Shown piece after piece: positions 11,766 to 24,806 of a stretch of 64,000 nucleotides of DNA. Location of the stretch: NCBI GenBank assembly GCA_022813865.1, contig JALDZX010000009.1:434001-498000 (forward strand), given 5' to 3'. The notes under the pieces were generated by a model, which was not told the origin of the DNA, made no database searches, and saw nothing but the letters and a program-made list of their open reading frames with translations. The DNA is from Xylographa opegraphella. Lineage: Eukaryota. Each line of letters begins with the position of its first letter. Position 1 is the first letter of the stretch. A program made the position numbers and the translations under genes.

Positions 11766-13147
11766 TGCTCGGCCAGGTCGGGTTTCAACGGGAATACTCG
11801 CAGGTATTAAGCAAGTAGTGGATCTGGTTCGTGAGGAATGCACCGGCCGGTGTGCCTGCAACATGGTGACAGTGGCTCTCACGACACCTACGCTGCCATG
11901 TCCGAATGTGCGAGCTCGACCAGCTCCAATAGAAGCTTTTTGGTTGGACGATGTGCAGAGGTTCGGCACTCCCACATTCAGCCAGGCGGGTTCTCCATTT
12001 TCTTACTTATAGCTGCTGAGATAATGAAAAGCAATACTGTCACTGTTCTTTCTCCTTTGCCGTGAAGTTGAAGCTGTTCCAATTCTATAGTGAGAAACGT
12101 ATCAAAAATACTAATATACAGTAGTCCTTGCCAATCATATAGCGCTGTGTAGGTGGTAAAGGATTGCAGGATAGTGATGCATGAAATCGCCAGACCGAGT
12201 GTGTTTGTGGGAAAGGCGGTTGAGCTCACGAGCAATTGCAAAGACTGGGCATGTCGAGGCCGTCTGACTTGCCGGGTCACTTATAAGAGCATCCGTGTCC
12301 GGCCAGCCCGCCAGACTCGCAAGGTTGGGTTGGTGTTGTTCATCGCCGGAGCTAACCATCACGTGCCTTGTTTCCCGATTGGGCGTGCACGCTCGCGATT
12401 CAACGAGACCAAAAAGCGAAAAGAGCGATCAGGAGGACGGTAAAAATGGCAAAAGAGACTGCCAATAATTCGCAACCCGAATTAACGGGATAGACGACTT
12501 CATACCCGGTCCGAGTGAGGCTTGAACACTGACTTTTGTAGGGATGGTCAACCTTTAGACAGGCATCATGTGAGAAATGTGTGAAGTTTTTGAGGCTAAC
12601 CACACCACCCGTCCGCTTGTGAAGTACAAATCATTTATTCTAATATATAAGCTTTTGTGAGAACTAATTTTGTACCTACGTTTTCCACTCACGCACAACT
12701 CAACTACGCACATACATGCTGCTGTACTCTGTGAAATGCTACTGGGCCCTAAGAGAGACTTGACAGTTGGGAAATATTCTACATCATGGTAATTGTGCGA
12801 TCGGCCACGGGGTCAACCTCGGATTGGAAGCTTCATGGTTGTCTTTACTACTTATTATACATTGCTGTCAGCAGATATTGGAAGCACGCTTCCTGAAGTA
12901 CATAACTGTCGAGTTCAATCAACTTCTTTAAAGGTGAGGCATCAGCATGACGGGTAAGCCTTGAGATGTTGACGAATTGGGATGGAATGGACAAGCAACC
13001 AGCCCTAATGCTTATCGATAAGCCCTACCCAGCCTCCACCGTCTCCAGGCAGTAGTCGTCATTCGCACTTGGAGCTGAGCTGTTTCACACTCCCACGCCT
13101 CATCATTGAACTCTTTTAATACTTCTCGTAAGGTCAAAGTCACACTC

Positions 13148-14622
13148 ATGATAATGGCGTACTCTCCTACCCCTGGCCCTTCACAATCGCGTCGCCTTTC
13201 TCTCACTCCTCCCCTCCTGACCAAGCGGGACAAACGGCGCAACGCTATCGAGCAGCGGATGAAAGACCTGGACTTCAGCTTCATGTCGCATCGAGAGCAG
13301 TATTTGCGGGCACAGCTCAATATGCTGTCCCGCGATATAGGCTTTATTAATCTTGCCAATCCGTATGACAACAAGCCTTTGGAAGACTATGCGGACGACA
13401 TGGGTTCAGACCTGGCGCTCTATGGAGGAGAGAACACTGTCGGCATGCTACGTGGAGCTTTCGGCGGTTCTGATGCAGAAAACCGACCTCCACTGGGAAA
13501 GTACGCCGCGAGATTTGTACAGGATGTTAACGATACCATGGAGAGGAGGGACACAGAGTTGACTGAAATTGTGGTATGGAAGCCTCCGACAGCACAGTTA
13601 TCCTCACGCATGACCATTCTTTACGACTTTACCTAGAGTGTATTCTAATGCTAAGCTTCTTGACTGTACAGAATCGATTCAATCAAAAAGTTCAAACGTT
13701 GATGGAAGAGTGCGAATTTGCAATCGCGCTTGCATCAGAAGAACACAAGGTCTTGAAAGAGAGCGTCAGGGAGCGAACGATAGCCTCAGTACAGGCTAAG
13801 AAGAGAAATCTTGAGAAAGAGAAGGGTCTCCTTGACAATGCCGACTCCAGTGCCCTGCTCCTCCACCCTGCCCAATTTACAATCACCCAACCGGCAAGTC
13901 CTGGGGGTGCTCACAGCAATCGCAAGACCCGACATACACGACACCGCCTAGATGCAGACAACGCAGAAATCAATGGTGAGGCAGTGAAACGCAAGCGGAA
14001 GGCGCCCGCTGATTTCGACAACGTCTCGCCTGGTCCAGTAGGGCGTGGCCTGGTGGATTCGGAGAACACTGTCTACTGGGATAGAGGGTACTCGATGCTC
14101 GATTCCCAGCATGCGACACCGATGTTGTCCATCAACCAGCTCTTCAACGCAAAAGAACTTCAACTCTTTACTCGCTCCGCCGTCGAGACAGTCGGCCAGC
14201 AATGGAGCAAGCGCTCGAGATCACTCCAGAGTGGCACCAAGCCTGCCATGTCATCCAACTCCGCCGCCAACGGTGATGGATCGGACGCTGAAGCAGCGCA
14301 TCCCAGGGACAATACAGTGGGTCCTGAAAGCGAAGACGACGTCGAGCAAGAGCCCGCTGCAACCCTGGTAGCGCCAATGATGGAACGAGGCGGCAGCTAC
14401 GCCACACGATCAACGCGCAAAGACGAAACGGCCCATCTGTATGAGGCTTTCGATGGCAGTCGCCAGGAGGCCGTCAGGTGCTTCGGCATCGCGGCCATAG
14501 GAGCACATCTGCGAATGCTGAGGACGAAAGATGAGATCCCATTGACGACGCCGCTGAGCGGGCAGGAGATATTGGAGGATATGGCGCTGATCGAGGCGGC
14601 CAAGGCGTCGGATGCGTATTAG
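13148..14622 (+). CDS. SDS3: Rpd3L histone deacetylase complex subunit, Sds3-like (2 exons)
   Basis: Exons 13148-13573 and 13672-14622 (GTATGG..GCTAAG..CAG); LTKRDKRR, coiled coil, SALLLHPAQFTITQPASPGG..SNRKTRHTRHR typical of fungal Sds3. Confidence 0.82.
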
Positions 14623-15391
14623 ACGCTACTGTGGTTTTGGGAAGGAACCTGTCATACAGCGTCTGGCTGTGTGGTGGTCTCCGGGCAATATTTGCAATAC
14701 TATATACCTCGATTCCAGTCATGTCTGCGGCGCAGGAATTGTGGGAGTGGGAGAGTAACATGGATACAACCGCTGTATGTAGTCCACAGTAGGGGATCAA
14801 ATATTTCATGGCTGCTCATTCGATGATTCAATTCCAAACTCCACGCCCCCTCACCAGGAGGAATGTTATCATGCTTCGAGTAATCAGCTATCTTCCAGTA
14901 TAAACGACTGCGGCCAACTAGCAGAATGCCATCGAACCCGTCTTGCACCTCATACTGGATTGAATCTAGCCTTGCAGTTTCGCGAAGCTGCATCGACGGC
15001 TCTGCCCTTCTTCATCCGCTTTCCCACGCTCATTCCAGCGCTCGCACCTGCCCTGTATTTCCTCGCAAGATCTGTTCGTCGCTCTCCCTCTCTCCCTTTC
15101 CCAATTCAGGAGCCATCATTCTTCTATAGTGAGCTCTTCCGTATCGCTGAATGCTGCATCGTCGTTCTCCGACCACGAGCCGGACAGCTGCTCAACTTAG
15201 TCACCGTAGTAATATGCTCGGCATGAAGCTGTCCTCGGTTCAAGGCTGGTGATCTAGGTCTATCCGCGGGGCTGGAGTTGGTGACACTTCTTCGAACGAA
15301 GCTCGGTGCGGTTGGTGCGAGGTTTATGAGCTGGGGCGGCCACAAAGTATAACCCATTGATGAACGAGCGCAGGGTAAGGATTTCATCCCA

Positions 15392-16091
15392 TCACATCAT
15401 CGAGCAAGACGGCTCGGACAGTGCACCCTTCTCCGTCGTCGTCCGCGCCGCCAGCCTCGCCACATCCTCGAAGACTTCGTTCATCAGCTCCCCGCTGACC
15501 GCAGAGCACTCGGCATACCGATCACAGCGCATCTCCTGAGCGACCTGATAGCCCTTTGCCGCCCATCAGTAACGACTGACAGATGCTGCACGCTGTAAAG
15601 TAGAGTACGAACCTCTTGCGGGTAGACAATTCCCTCCCCCTCCACCCTCAGATCGCGCTTCAGCCCCAGCAGCATCACCGGGATGGACTCATCATCTCTG
15701 GCGTAGTTCCTCACCACCTCCTTCCGCCACACCTGCTGCACGTTGAGCAGACTCGCCCTGCTGTTGACGTCGTAGCACAGGATCACGAAGTTGGGGTGCA
15801 GGAGCGTGTAGTTCTCCGGCGAAGCGGTGTCGTAGAATTCGAACCGGTACGGCCGGTTGTACATGCGGATGTCGTACACGAACGGCTGGTCGAGGTCGCG
15901 GAGCAGGCTGAAGCCCGTGGTTTTGGTGCGCACCGCGTTTTGCCCATGGCTGAGACCACTGAAGGGCGGTCGGGTCAGTGGGGAGGTGCGTGGGAAGGAA
16001 AGCTTTTGGGACGGACCTACGAGAGGAAGGTCGACTTGCCGCACTCGGAGTCTCCGAGGAGGAGGATGGTCACGGTTGGGGGTTCCGCCAT
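15392..16091 (-). CDS. Atypical Rho-family small GTPase with CaaX box (3 exons, ~192 aa)
   Basis: Exons 16091-16021, 15958-15613, 15553-15392; P-loop ILLLGDSECGKST, FYDTASPENY, VILCYD, LLGLKRDLR, YAECSA, C-terminal CSMM*. Confidence 0.9.
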
Positions 16092-16387
16092 TGGTTGTGG
16101 TTACTATGTGTACAGTGGACGGAGCCAAAGGCGATTTTGCTATGCATATATCCCTGCGTATATCCGATCCTAGCTCTATCGATATCTTACGCGAGTTCAT
16201 ATTAAAAGGTTTTCCCAGGAGTATATATTCGGCCTACACATATCCACCAGGAAGTGACACTGGTATGTCACCTCGGATATACCTGCATAGATCTAATGTG
16301 TTTCCTATCAAATATCAAAGCATATACTCTGGCTTCTCGTGTAAATACTATATATCAAGATCTCTTCGTACATCGTCTCTGAACAAT

Positions 16388-18225
16388 ATGGAGAGCAATG
16401 GTATAGACCATGCATCATGGAGTCCCGAAAAGCTTGTAGCTCGTGTTTCTGCTCTGGAACAGCAGCTCAAAGAGGCGACTGAAAGGTATTTGCAATTGGT
16501 ATCCGAAGGTCATATTGATGCTTATTCCTGGTCTACAGATATCGTTCCCAGTCTCCATCGAAGCCTCCTTCACCTCCAGGTCGACCCAAGAATGCTCGAG
16601 CAGAGCGAGAGTTTGATCCTTCCAAGTACTCTACGCGCCTGATAGCACTTAAGCTTGCGTATCTTGGGCAACGGTATAACGGCTTCGAACATCATGCGAA
16701 CAACAAGACACCCTTACCAACCATCGAAGAAGAAATTTGGAAGGCGCTCATGAAAGCACGGTTGATCTTTCCCACCGAGCCTCTAGTGACGGAAGGAGAA
16801 GTCAATTGGGAAGGATGCGACTATTCGAAGTGCGGCAGAACAGACAAGGGAGTCAGCGCCTTTGGTCAGGTCATTGGGATACGAGTCAGAAGCAATCGTC
16901 CTCTGACGAAAGAAGTCTTAGAGCCAGAGCTCGTGCAAGAGAGTGTATCTAGCAATGGATCTTTGGAAACTGCTTCCCCCCCTCTGCAACCGCTGGAAGA
17001 CGATTTTATGATGGCTGTGGGATTGGATGACGCCACGCTCGATGAGCCACTTGCCTTCCATCCCATACGCGATGAAGTCCCCTATGCACAGGTCCTCAAT
17101 CGTCTCCTCCCTCCCGATATCCGTGTCCTGGCCTGGTGCCCGGCGCCGCCGATCGACTTCTCGGCTCGGTTTTCCTGCCGCGAGCGGAGGTACAGGTACT
17201 TCTTTACCCAGCCGGCATTCAATCCTACACCTGGACCGAAAGCCGTCACTCAAAAATTCACACACTCGAATACTACGAGGAGGGAGGGCTGGCTCGACAT
17301 CGCCGCCATGCAAGCCGCAGCCAAGCGGTTCGAAGGTCTCCACGACTTCCGCAATTTCTGCAAAGTCGATGCTAGCAAGCAGATCGACAACTTCGAGCGA
17401 CGCATCTTCCACTCCGAGATCCGAGAGCTCGACCCTACCTCCGAACCAGCCGCGTACGTCTCCGGTGCCGATTTCTCCGAATTTGCTCCATCGTCCACTT
17501 CGCACGTCACCCCTGACGTATCAAGCGCTGCCGCGTCTCGAAGCCCGACTCCAAAGCTCTACGCGTTCGTCCTCCACGGCTCCGCCTTCCTCTGGCACCA
17601 GGTCCGACACATGATCGCCGTCCTCTTCCTCGTCGGGCAGGGGCTCGAACCCCCCGAAGTAGTCAGCCAGCTACTGGACACGCGCGCCACGCCCCAAAAG
17701 CCCATCTACGAGATGGCAGAAGACGCGCCCCTGGTGCTCTGGGACTGCGTCTTTCCCCGTGACGGCAGCACCAGCCGCGACGACGCTCTGGAATGGATCT
17801 ACGTCGGCGACCAGCGTTTCCACGGCGACCCGCGCGACGTCAAGGGCAACGGCAAGTTCGGCCTCGGCGGCGTGGTGGACGACGTGTGGACGCTGTGGCG
17901 GCGGAGGAAGATGGACGAGGTCCTGGCCGGCATGCTGCTGAACGTCGTGGTCGGGCAGGGCAAGGACCTCGATGAGGGGCAGGGGAGAGAGGAGGAGGAG
18001 TATAGGACGATCGTGAAGAGCGCGAGCCAGAAGGTTTACATGGGCGGTGACGCGGTTCGGTTGAAGGGGAAGTATGTTCCCTTGATGGAGCGAGCGCGGA
18101 CGGAGAGCGTGCAGACTATCAATGCGAGGTACGCGCTCCGGAAGGGCTTCGAGCAGGGAGAGGTGGTGAGGGACTCAGGCTTTCGGCAAGTTGCGCTGTT
18201 GCCTCGGATGGATGAAGATGTATAA
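16388..18225 (+). CDS. DEG1: tRNA pseudouridine 38/39 synthase (TruA family; 2 exons)
   Basis: Intron ~16486-16538; FDPSKYSTRLIALKLAYLGQRYNGFE, catalytic KCGRTDKGVSAFGQV, FSARFSC.ERRYRY, GLHDFRNFCK, GSAFLWHQVR. Confidence 0.95.
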
Positions 18226-18509
18226 AATCAGCCACGTAGTGCATAGTTGAGGATATAAGAGTCGCTTTACGTAGGACATCATCTCTAATCCGAGTCTTGG
18301 TTCTTGTGCAACCCTCGATTTGCAGCGTTGTTTAAGCAATTTCGAATCAAGTTTTCCATAATTTTAACCACAAACCCAACTGCTATGCTCAAGGAGCTTG
18401 ACTTGTCTCGAAACACGAGTCTCTTTACAGCTGCCCAGAACAATGACAAAATCCTCCACGTATCACAAACAACGAACTCCTCTCCATTCTCCGCTTCGCA
18501 TACCCACAT

Positions 18510-19586
18510 TCAAACCCTCACAACCCCGCCCCCTACCCTGGGCCCATCCTCCACCGCGATCTGCCCATTCCACGTCGCCTCTGTCAAGCCCAGCATGCCC
18601 ACCAAATGGCGCCACCTCTCGCCGTCTCTCTCCTTCCGCTGCATGTACTTCAGCAACTTCTGCCTCCGATGCAACAGCAGTCGCAGATTACGCTTGTTGA
18701 CTTTGTCGTTCCTCTCGGCCCCCTCCCACCGGTTCGCCAGGATGCGGATCTTGGCAGTGAGGATCGCGATCTGCACCTCGCTACTCCCGGTATCTTTGCC
18801 AGCCCTGGGTGTTTTCTTGTCGGTGACGACGTTCGGGTCGAGTTCATAGGAAGTGAGTGGCCGTGGGCGTAGGAAGGTGTCCGTGGCATGCCTGCCGAAG
18901 GTCTCGATGCAGCGCTGTACATTTGCCTGTGTGCGAGCGCGGGAAGAGGCGTTGGACAAAGAGAGAATGCGGGAGAGGGCTTCGGATGCGGTGGTGTGGG
19001 CGGCAGCGTGGTTGGCGTTGGCACGGGAGAGGAGAGAAGGGTCTGAGATGAAAGAAGGCAGCGGCTGAGTGAGGGCGTGAGAGGTCGCTAAGGCGGCAGA
19101 TAGGTCAGGAGGGGCGAGGAAGTGGTTGAGGAGAGGGGGCTCTGGATCTGGGCGGGAGAGGGGTTTGCTTTTCGAGTCAGGAGAAGTGCTGACTTCGGAA
19201 TCGGGAGGCGAGGTGGTTGTATCTCGGCCGGCAGCACTTTCAGCAGAGAGATCCAGTTCCGCGGCCGAGGCCGTTGCTGGTGGAGGGAGTGCTGTGTCGA
19301 AGGACTCGAGGAAGGGGGTAGGGATACCACGGATAGGGTCACCAAGCGCAGCGGCGCGTTCTTCCCGCAGGACGACTTGCCGGGCGATGTTGGCTGCCCG
19401 CCGAGCTTCGGCGTGCTTGTTCGCATAAGGGTCACGGTATCGTGGTCGTTGCTTCTTCGGTGTGTGACCTTTGGCACCTGCCAGGGTACTGGAGGTGCTG
19501 GAGAAGGGTCGAAAGGCTGGACGTAGACATAATTCTGAGGTTTGAGGGAGACTGCGGCAGAGCCAACTAGATAACCGGGGAATCAT
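18510..19586 (-). CDS. MRPS28: Mitochondrial ribosomal protein uS15m
   Basis: R/S-rich presequence; C-terminal S15 domain GKDTGSSEVQIAILTAKI...NDKVNKRNLRLLLHRRQKLLKYM. Confidence 0.92.
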   Translation of the reverse strand: MIPRLSSWLCRSLPQTSELCLRPAFRPFSSTSSTLAGAKGHTPKKQRPRYRDPYANKHAEARRAANIARQVVLREERAAALGDPIRGIPTPFLESFDTALPPPATASAAELDLSAESAAGRDTTTSPPDSEVSTSPDSKSKPLSRPDPEPPLLNHFLAPPDLSAALATSHALTQPLPSFISDPSLLSRANANHAAAHTTASEALSRILSLSNASSRARTQANVQRCIETFGRHATDTFLRPRPLTSYELDPNVVTDKKTPRAGKDTGSSEVQIAILTAKIRILANRWEGAERNDKVNKRNLRLLLHRRQKLLKYMQRKERDGERWRHLVGMLGLTEATWNGQIAVEDGPRVGGGVVRV

Positions 19587-20344
19587 TGAAACGTTATGGT
19601 GTCAAGTATGCGCAGTCAGTCGTGAAGAAAGTATTGAAATGTCCGGATCTACTAGAGTCAACACTAGTCCCAAAGCGGTAGCACTGCACTACATCGAGCA
19701 AAAATATATTACTATGTTCACGATGCCTACTAGGGCTTGTATTGTGGATATTCTGAACAGATCCATGGGCCATAGGATAAATCAAACTTAATTGATATGA
19801 TAGAGTTCTTGATTCCTTTGAAATGTTCTGTGGTGGGCTCAATAAGGACTGTATCACAAACAAGTTTAGCATGGTATTTCTTAGGTCAAGACTGCAATAA
19901 CTCATCGGCTTACTTCGACAGCCGATTATTTCAGAGCATATCAAGTAATATGGTGTTACTGAGGGCTCTGGGACGACAGGATCATCAAGGAAACTGGTTG
20001 AAATGGTTTCCCAGGACTTTGATGTTCAAGTTTTCTTGCCCAGGAGTTTTCGCACAGCCGCGTTCTTGAAAGCTAGCTCATTCAAGCGTTATGTCTCCTA
20101 TGATAACTACACAGATTTCTGAGCTGAGTTCTGAATTGAGCGGTAATCCAAGGATAAGCGAACTTCTGGCCCAGCGGCTTTTGAAGAACAGGAAGTCGTG
20201 TGAAGCTTATTACTCTCCTAAGTTATCTTCGAGGTAAAGCGATCGCCAGACACGTTGTCTTCAATAAGCCACATCTCTTGGTGACCAAGCCTCGACCAGC
20301 GACCGAGAACTCCCAGAACAATAGTGTGGCATTTCACAATGCTC

Positions 20345-22800
20345 CTAACTCCGCGTCAAATCCAAGAATTCTACACCAGAAAGAACGCGCTCCGGAGTGG
20401 ATAGCTCCAATTCCCAATCATCCATATCTCTCCAAGCACCATTCAAGCTACTGCGGAGCATGATGTGCTTCTTGGAACTTTTCGGAATTAACGGCTCACG
20501 AGCATGAGGGCGTGTGGCAGCTTGTCTATGGAAAGTAGTGTCAGGTTTCGGAGGTCGAGAACGCAGCAAAGCCGAAGGCGATGGTAGTGAGGGCGATTGT
20601 GGTGTTGATAACGCTACCGGAATTCCAACTGCTGTACCAAAGTCCAGACGGCGATTTGTTCGGGGGGTTACTCCTGCGTGTGTGCGCTCAAGGTCGTCAT
20701 GAATAACACCACTTTGATGCTTCTCTTTAACATAAGTCCTCTTTGCTACCGTACTTGTTCCGGATGTAAACTCTTGCCTAGATTTAGCATTTTTATTACT
20801 TAAAGGCGATTCCACCAAAATGGGTTGTTCGAAAACGTCGCCAGCCTTACTAGAAGACTGATGCTGACCATGGTCCGGCGTTCTCGGCGAGCAATTTATC
20901 CCGAGTGCAGAGTACCTCTTTGTATTACATTGGTTGACGTCAAATGTATCTGACGGCCTCCTAGACAAAGTCCACGGATTGGCATCCGAGTGTCGGACGG
21001 GCGAATCTGTTATCACAGGGGCACGCTTTTTTCTCGTCTTTTTGGTGACCTTGCTGGGCGTGGTCGGAACTTTGGCTTTTACGTTTTCGTTCCCATCAGC
21101 ATCAACGTATAGATCTGAAGCTTTAAAATTTTCCATATCCGCAGAGGGTATCATAAGCTCTGGAGATATAGCTCTATCATTCTCAAGGCTTCCCAAAGGC
21201 GCCTGCTTCTCGTAATACATGCGTGCAACATCGTACTTCTTGACTTTGACAAATGCGTCTATTGCTCCTTTTTTCATTCCACCGGGTGCCATGGCGGTTT
21301 TCTCGCGCCCTTTTCGAGTTGCAAATTTCTTGGGATTCCTCATGTCGGCTTCCCAATCCTCCATCATCAATGGTATTCCTAGCTGGGCAATGGTCTCAGG
21401 AATCCATATCCTGTCCGGGATTGTCGGATCGTAGAGTGAGGGGTCTCGCTTCTTGGTCGGGCTTGTGCATTGAGCTTCCTCTTCGCCAACAGGCCCAATC
21501 GCTTCCACTTCGGTTTCGCTGTCAGAGGAGCAAATCCCGGCATATTGACCGCTTTCTTCCTTTTCTAGGTCCAGAGCAGTAATTTCGGCAGGCATGTAAA
21601 TTACGCGGATTTCCTTTATTCCGCCAGTGTCAAAATGTGTTCGTGATTTATCGCACACACCTTTTACGTATTTCTGCTCTTCTTCGGCCTGTAGCTCTGG
21701 ATTTGCCGCAGAGACTCCTGCTCTGTGGCGTAATCTTTGGTTAAGTAGCGCTGGTGCCAGTCCACGAATGAATTTGAAAGCTCCTTCTAAATAGTGCCAT
21801 TCGAATGCGTCTGCAACAAATATCCGCAGATTATGAATATCCGCCGGACTATACCATCGAATACTGCTCCTCAAATCCGCAATTTTCTCCGCGGAAGATA
21901 TCACAGGACGAGCGTAATAAGAGAAAATTTTCTTGTCTGGGAAATTATCAGGCACCTGTATCGTTTTATTTTTTCGTTGGAAGTAACTTGATTCGTTTGT
22001 GCGCAGTTCATAGTTCAGCTTTTCTCTCCACTGCTTGAAACCGACGATATCGTCCTTAGCAAGCTTGCAAAGTTCCTTACCAAAGCCAGCTCTCGCGGCC
22101 TGACATGCAACTTTGGGTCCACATCCAGGGATACCGACTGTATCATAATCACCTCCACTCATGAGTGCTATCAGTACCATGCCGTCCCGATCTAGCCCAT
22201 ATTTTCGCTTTATCAACTCCGCGGAGTAAATGTTTACGTGACTTGGAACCTTGCTCTTGCCTTCGCCGCTCCAATCCCTCATGCTCATACCACAACCAAA
22301 CATAAGTGTATCAACATCTTCACTCATCACAGCATCTACTATTCCTTCTCGTTGAAGCAGGGCACACTCCGCTTCTGCTTCACCAGGAGCTGTGAGGTAT
22401 GGAAAGCCAAAGTGTTTGAGCAATTCTTTAGCAAGCATATTAGGTAATGAAGCTCCCTGATTCCCAGTCTTGAGATTCCTTTTCATAGGTGGCTTGTGAG
22501 GCCCATCAAATACAAACAGCGGTTCTATAGGCAGAGCAAGAAAACGTAACAGGCGGAAATATAAAGTTCGCAGTGCAGGGTTCTTTCCACCCTTGCCAGA
22601 CAAGATCTGAAACTGCCATATTGAAATATCCACGGCGAGTCTTAGAGGTCGGCCTGTCTTTTCGAGCTGCTCGATTGCAAACTTAGCAAAAGCCTCTCGT
22701 TTACCTTTGCCCAGCTCGTGATAAAGACTGTCCCATTATATTAGCATTAGCCCTCAAAAGTGGTTACGGACGTGAGAGGTACACACCCAGGGATACCCAT
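20345..22800 (-). CDS. YEN1: XPG/Rad2-family Holliday junction resolvase GEN1/Yen1
   Basis: Short first exon MGIPG (ATG 22800), intron, then LRLAVDISIWQF, NPALRTLYFRL, FVFDG, APGEAEAECALLQ, VMSEDVDTLMFG, GGDYD..GIPGCG (H2TH); long disordered tail. Confidence 0.92.
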
Positions 22801-23033
22801 CGGATAAGGCTAAAACGATCAAACAATAAGTGTGAATGCTATGCAAGAATATTAACCAATGATGATGTTATGCTTCGGATATATTGGCTCATGTTGTGTT
22901 TGATGCCGAGCCGAGCGTTACCACCTAGCAACGGCATCTACCACATCACCAATATGTAAACATTCTTCACTGATCAAAGGTCCGGTGACAATAAGCCTCA
23001 GGAGCGAATTATGTCTGCAGCTTGGTCCATGTA

Positions 23034-24806
23034 ATGGCTACGACAGTAGAATCCCTGGACCGGCCATATCCTTCCGCGGCACGCCCGGCCATATCCAGCC
23101 TACAACAACAAGCCGCAAGAGACCCAACGTCCCCTCATACGCCCGTGCGGGGCATCTCCTCTACCTTCTCCTCACCACTCGCTAGCTACCGAGCTGAAGA
23201 AGAAGCTCTGGTCTTCGAGGTTGGCACCCGCAATTTGCGCGCCGGTATTGCTGGAGAAAGTGCCCCCCGTTGTTCGTTGGCATTCGGTCCAGAGCAGTCT
23301 AGGCGCGTTGCGGACTACAGACAATGGCTTCCTGGCTACGAAACGCGGGCCAGGAAACAGCTTGAGGTTGATAAATGGGGAGACGATCATGAGCTATGGC
23401 GAATGGACCTTCGACAGGTCGATCTGGGGTTGGTTGAAGATAAGCTTGAGCGGGCGCTGCGTGATGCTTATAGCAGATATCTATTGCTAGATTCGAAGAC
23501 AAGACGCCTCGTTCTAATTCTACCGTCGGTGATACCGCACGCGCTGATCTCTGTACTTCTAACGTGCTTGTTCACCAATTTTCTGATACCCAGTCTTACT
23601 ATCTTACCTGTACATACATTGTCTATCGTTGCCGCTGGGTTGCGGTCCGGCTTGGTTGTTGATATCGGCTGGCAGGAGACCATAATAACAGCCGTTTATG
23701 AATACCGTGAGGTTTTCCAGTGTAGGACAACCAGAGCAATGAAACTTCTTACACTCCACATGGCGCAGATCTTACAGAAAATTTATCGTTCTACGCAGGA
23801 AAAGCCAGCGAAAACTCACGCCGAGTCTACAGCCTTCGATGAAGGGATCGATGTGGACTTTCAGCATGTAGAAGAAGTCACAGCACGCTTGGTATGGTGT
23901 CAGAGCTCTCCAAGGAATCAGGAACGCTTGGAAGAAAACCTCGAAAAGCGTATCGAGTCTCCTCGACTCCCCGAAGAAGACCATGGCGATAGAGACAACT
24001 CATCGGAAAGCAACGTCCGTGACACATTAATATCAGTTCCCCTACTATCCTCCTCCTCGAAACCATTCCCAGTACCATTCGACACCTTCAGCAAACCCGT
24101 CGAGTCAGCCCTCTTCCCTCACGACTTCAATATTCACGATCTAGACGATCATGAGCAACCACTTCCTCATCTCCTTTATAGAGCTCTTCTCGCCCTATCT
24201 CCAGACATTCGCGGCCTCTGCATGTCCCGCATCGTCTTTACCGGCGGCGGTTCCAATATCCCCGGCCTGAAATCGCGGCTTCTCGACGACTTATCATCTA
24301 CTGTGGCCCAGAGAGGCTGGGACCCAGTCTGGGGCAAAGCAGCAGACAAACACCGACAGACTCAACAAGAGATCGCTAGTAATCGGAAAGAAGCAGCTAC
24401 AAAACTCCAATCATCGATCAAGACCACCGAACATACGAAATATCCCTCGGGTCCTCCAGATGATCCACCTTCCAGAATAGCTACCGCGTTTGAGCCACAG
24501 GTTACTGATCCGATCGAAGACAAACTGCGGCGTGAAGAGGCAAAATTTAATCCTGCGACGGTCTCAGGGGTTGTTCGGGGCGTGGAGACATTGGGAGCTT
24601 GGGCGGGAGCAAGCTTGGTCGCTGGCCTAAAGCTCAAGGGTGTTGTGGAGGTGGACAGGGAGTCATTCCTGCAGCATGGACTGGCAGGTGCGAAGAGGGA
24701 TATGGACATCAGCGTTTCGCAGTCCTCTCGGCAGAGTCTAGTACCAGGATACATGCGTGCTGGAGTCCTTGACAAGGCTGGATGGACATTGGGATCATGG
24801 GCTTGA
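23034..24806 (+). CDS. ARP10: Dynactin actin-related protein Arp10/Arp11 (RO7-like)
   Basis: Actin-fold motifs LVFEVGTRNLRAGIAGE..PR, AAGLRSGLVVDIGWQET, IVFTGGGSNIPGLK, LGAWAGASL; single exon, first in-frame ATG 23034. Confidence 0.85.
   Translation: MATTVESLDRPYPSAARPAISSLQQQAARDPTSPHTPVRGISSTFSSPLASYRAEEEALVFEVGTRNLRAGIAGESAPRCSLAFGPEQSRRVADYRQWLPGYETRARKQLEVDKWGDDHELWRMDLRQVDLGLVEDKLERALRDAYSRYLLLDSKTRRLVLILPSVIPHALISVLLTCLFTNFLIPSLTILPVHTLSIVAAGLRSGLVVDIGWQETIITAVYEYREVFQCRTTRAMKLLTLHMAQILQKIYRSTQEKPAKTHAESTAFDEGIDVDFQHVEEVTARLVWCQSSPRNQERLEENLEKRIESPRLPEEDHGDRDNSSESNVRDTLISVPLLSSSSKPFPVPFDTFSKPVESALFPHDFNIHDLDDHEQPLPHLLYRALLALSPDIRGLCMSRIVFTGGGSNIPGLKSRLLDDLSSTVAQRGWDPVWGKAADKHRQTQQEIASNRKEAATKLQSSIKTTEHTKYPSGPPDDPPSRIATAFEPQVTDPIEDKLRREEAKFNPATVSGVVRGVETLGAWAGASLVAGLKLKGVVEVDRESFLQHGLAGAKRDMDISVSQSSRQSLVPGYMRAGVLDKAGWTLGSWA

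Noticed and set aside
14700..15390. Short protein-like minus-strand frames between SDS3 and the Rho gene
   Set aside because: Multiple stops in all frames and no recognisable motif; cannot support a pseudogene call without a homology search.
15857..16642. 261-aa plus-strand and 238-aa minus-strand ORFs spanning the Rho/DEG1 promoter
   Set aside because: Read-through of real exons into introns and promoter; explained by the spliced Rho and DEG1 models.
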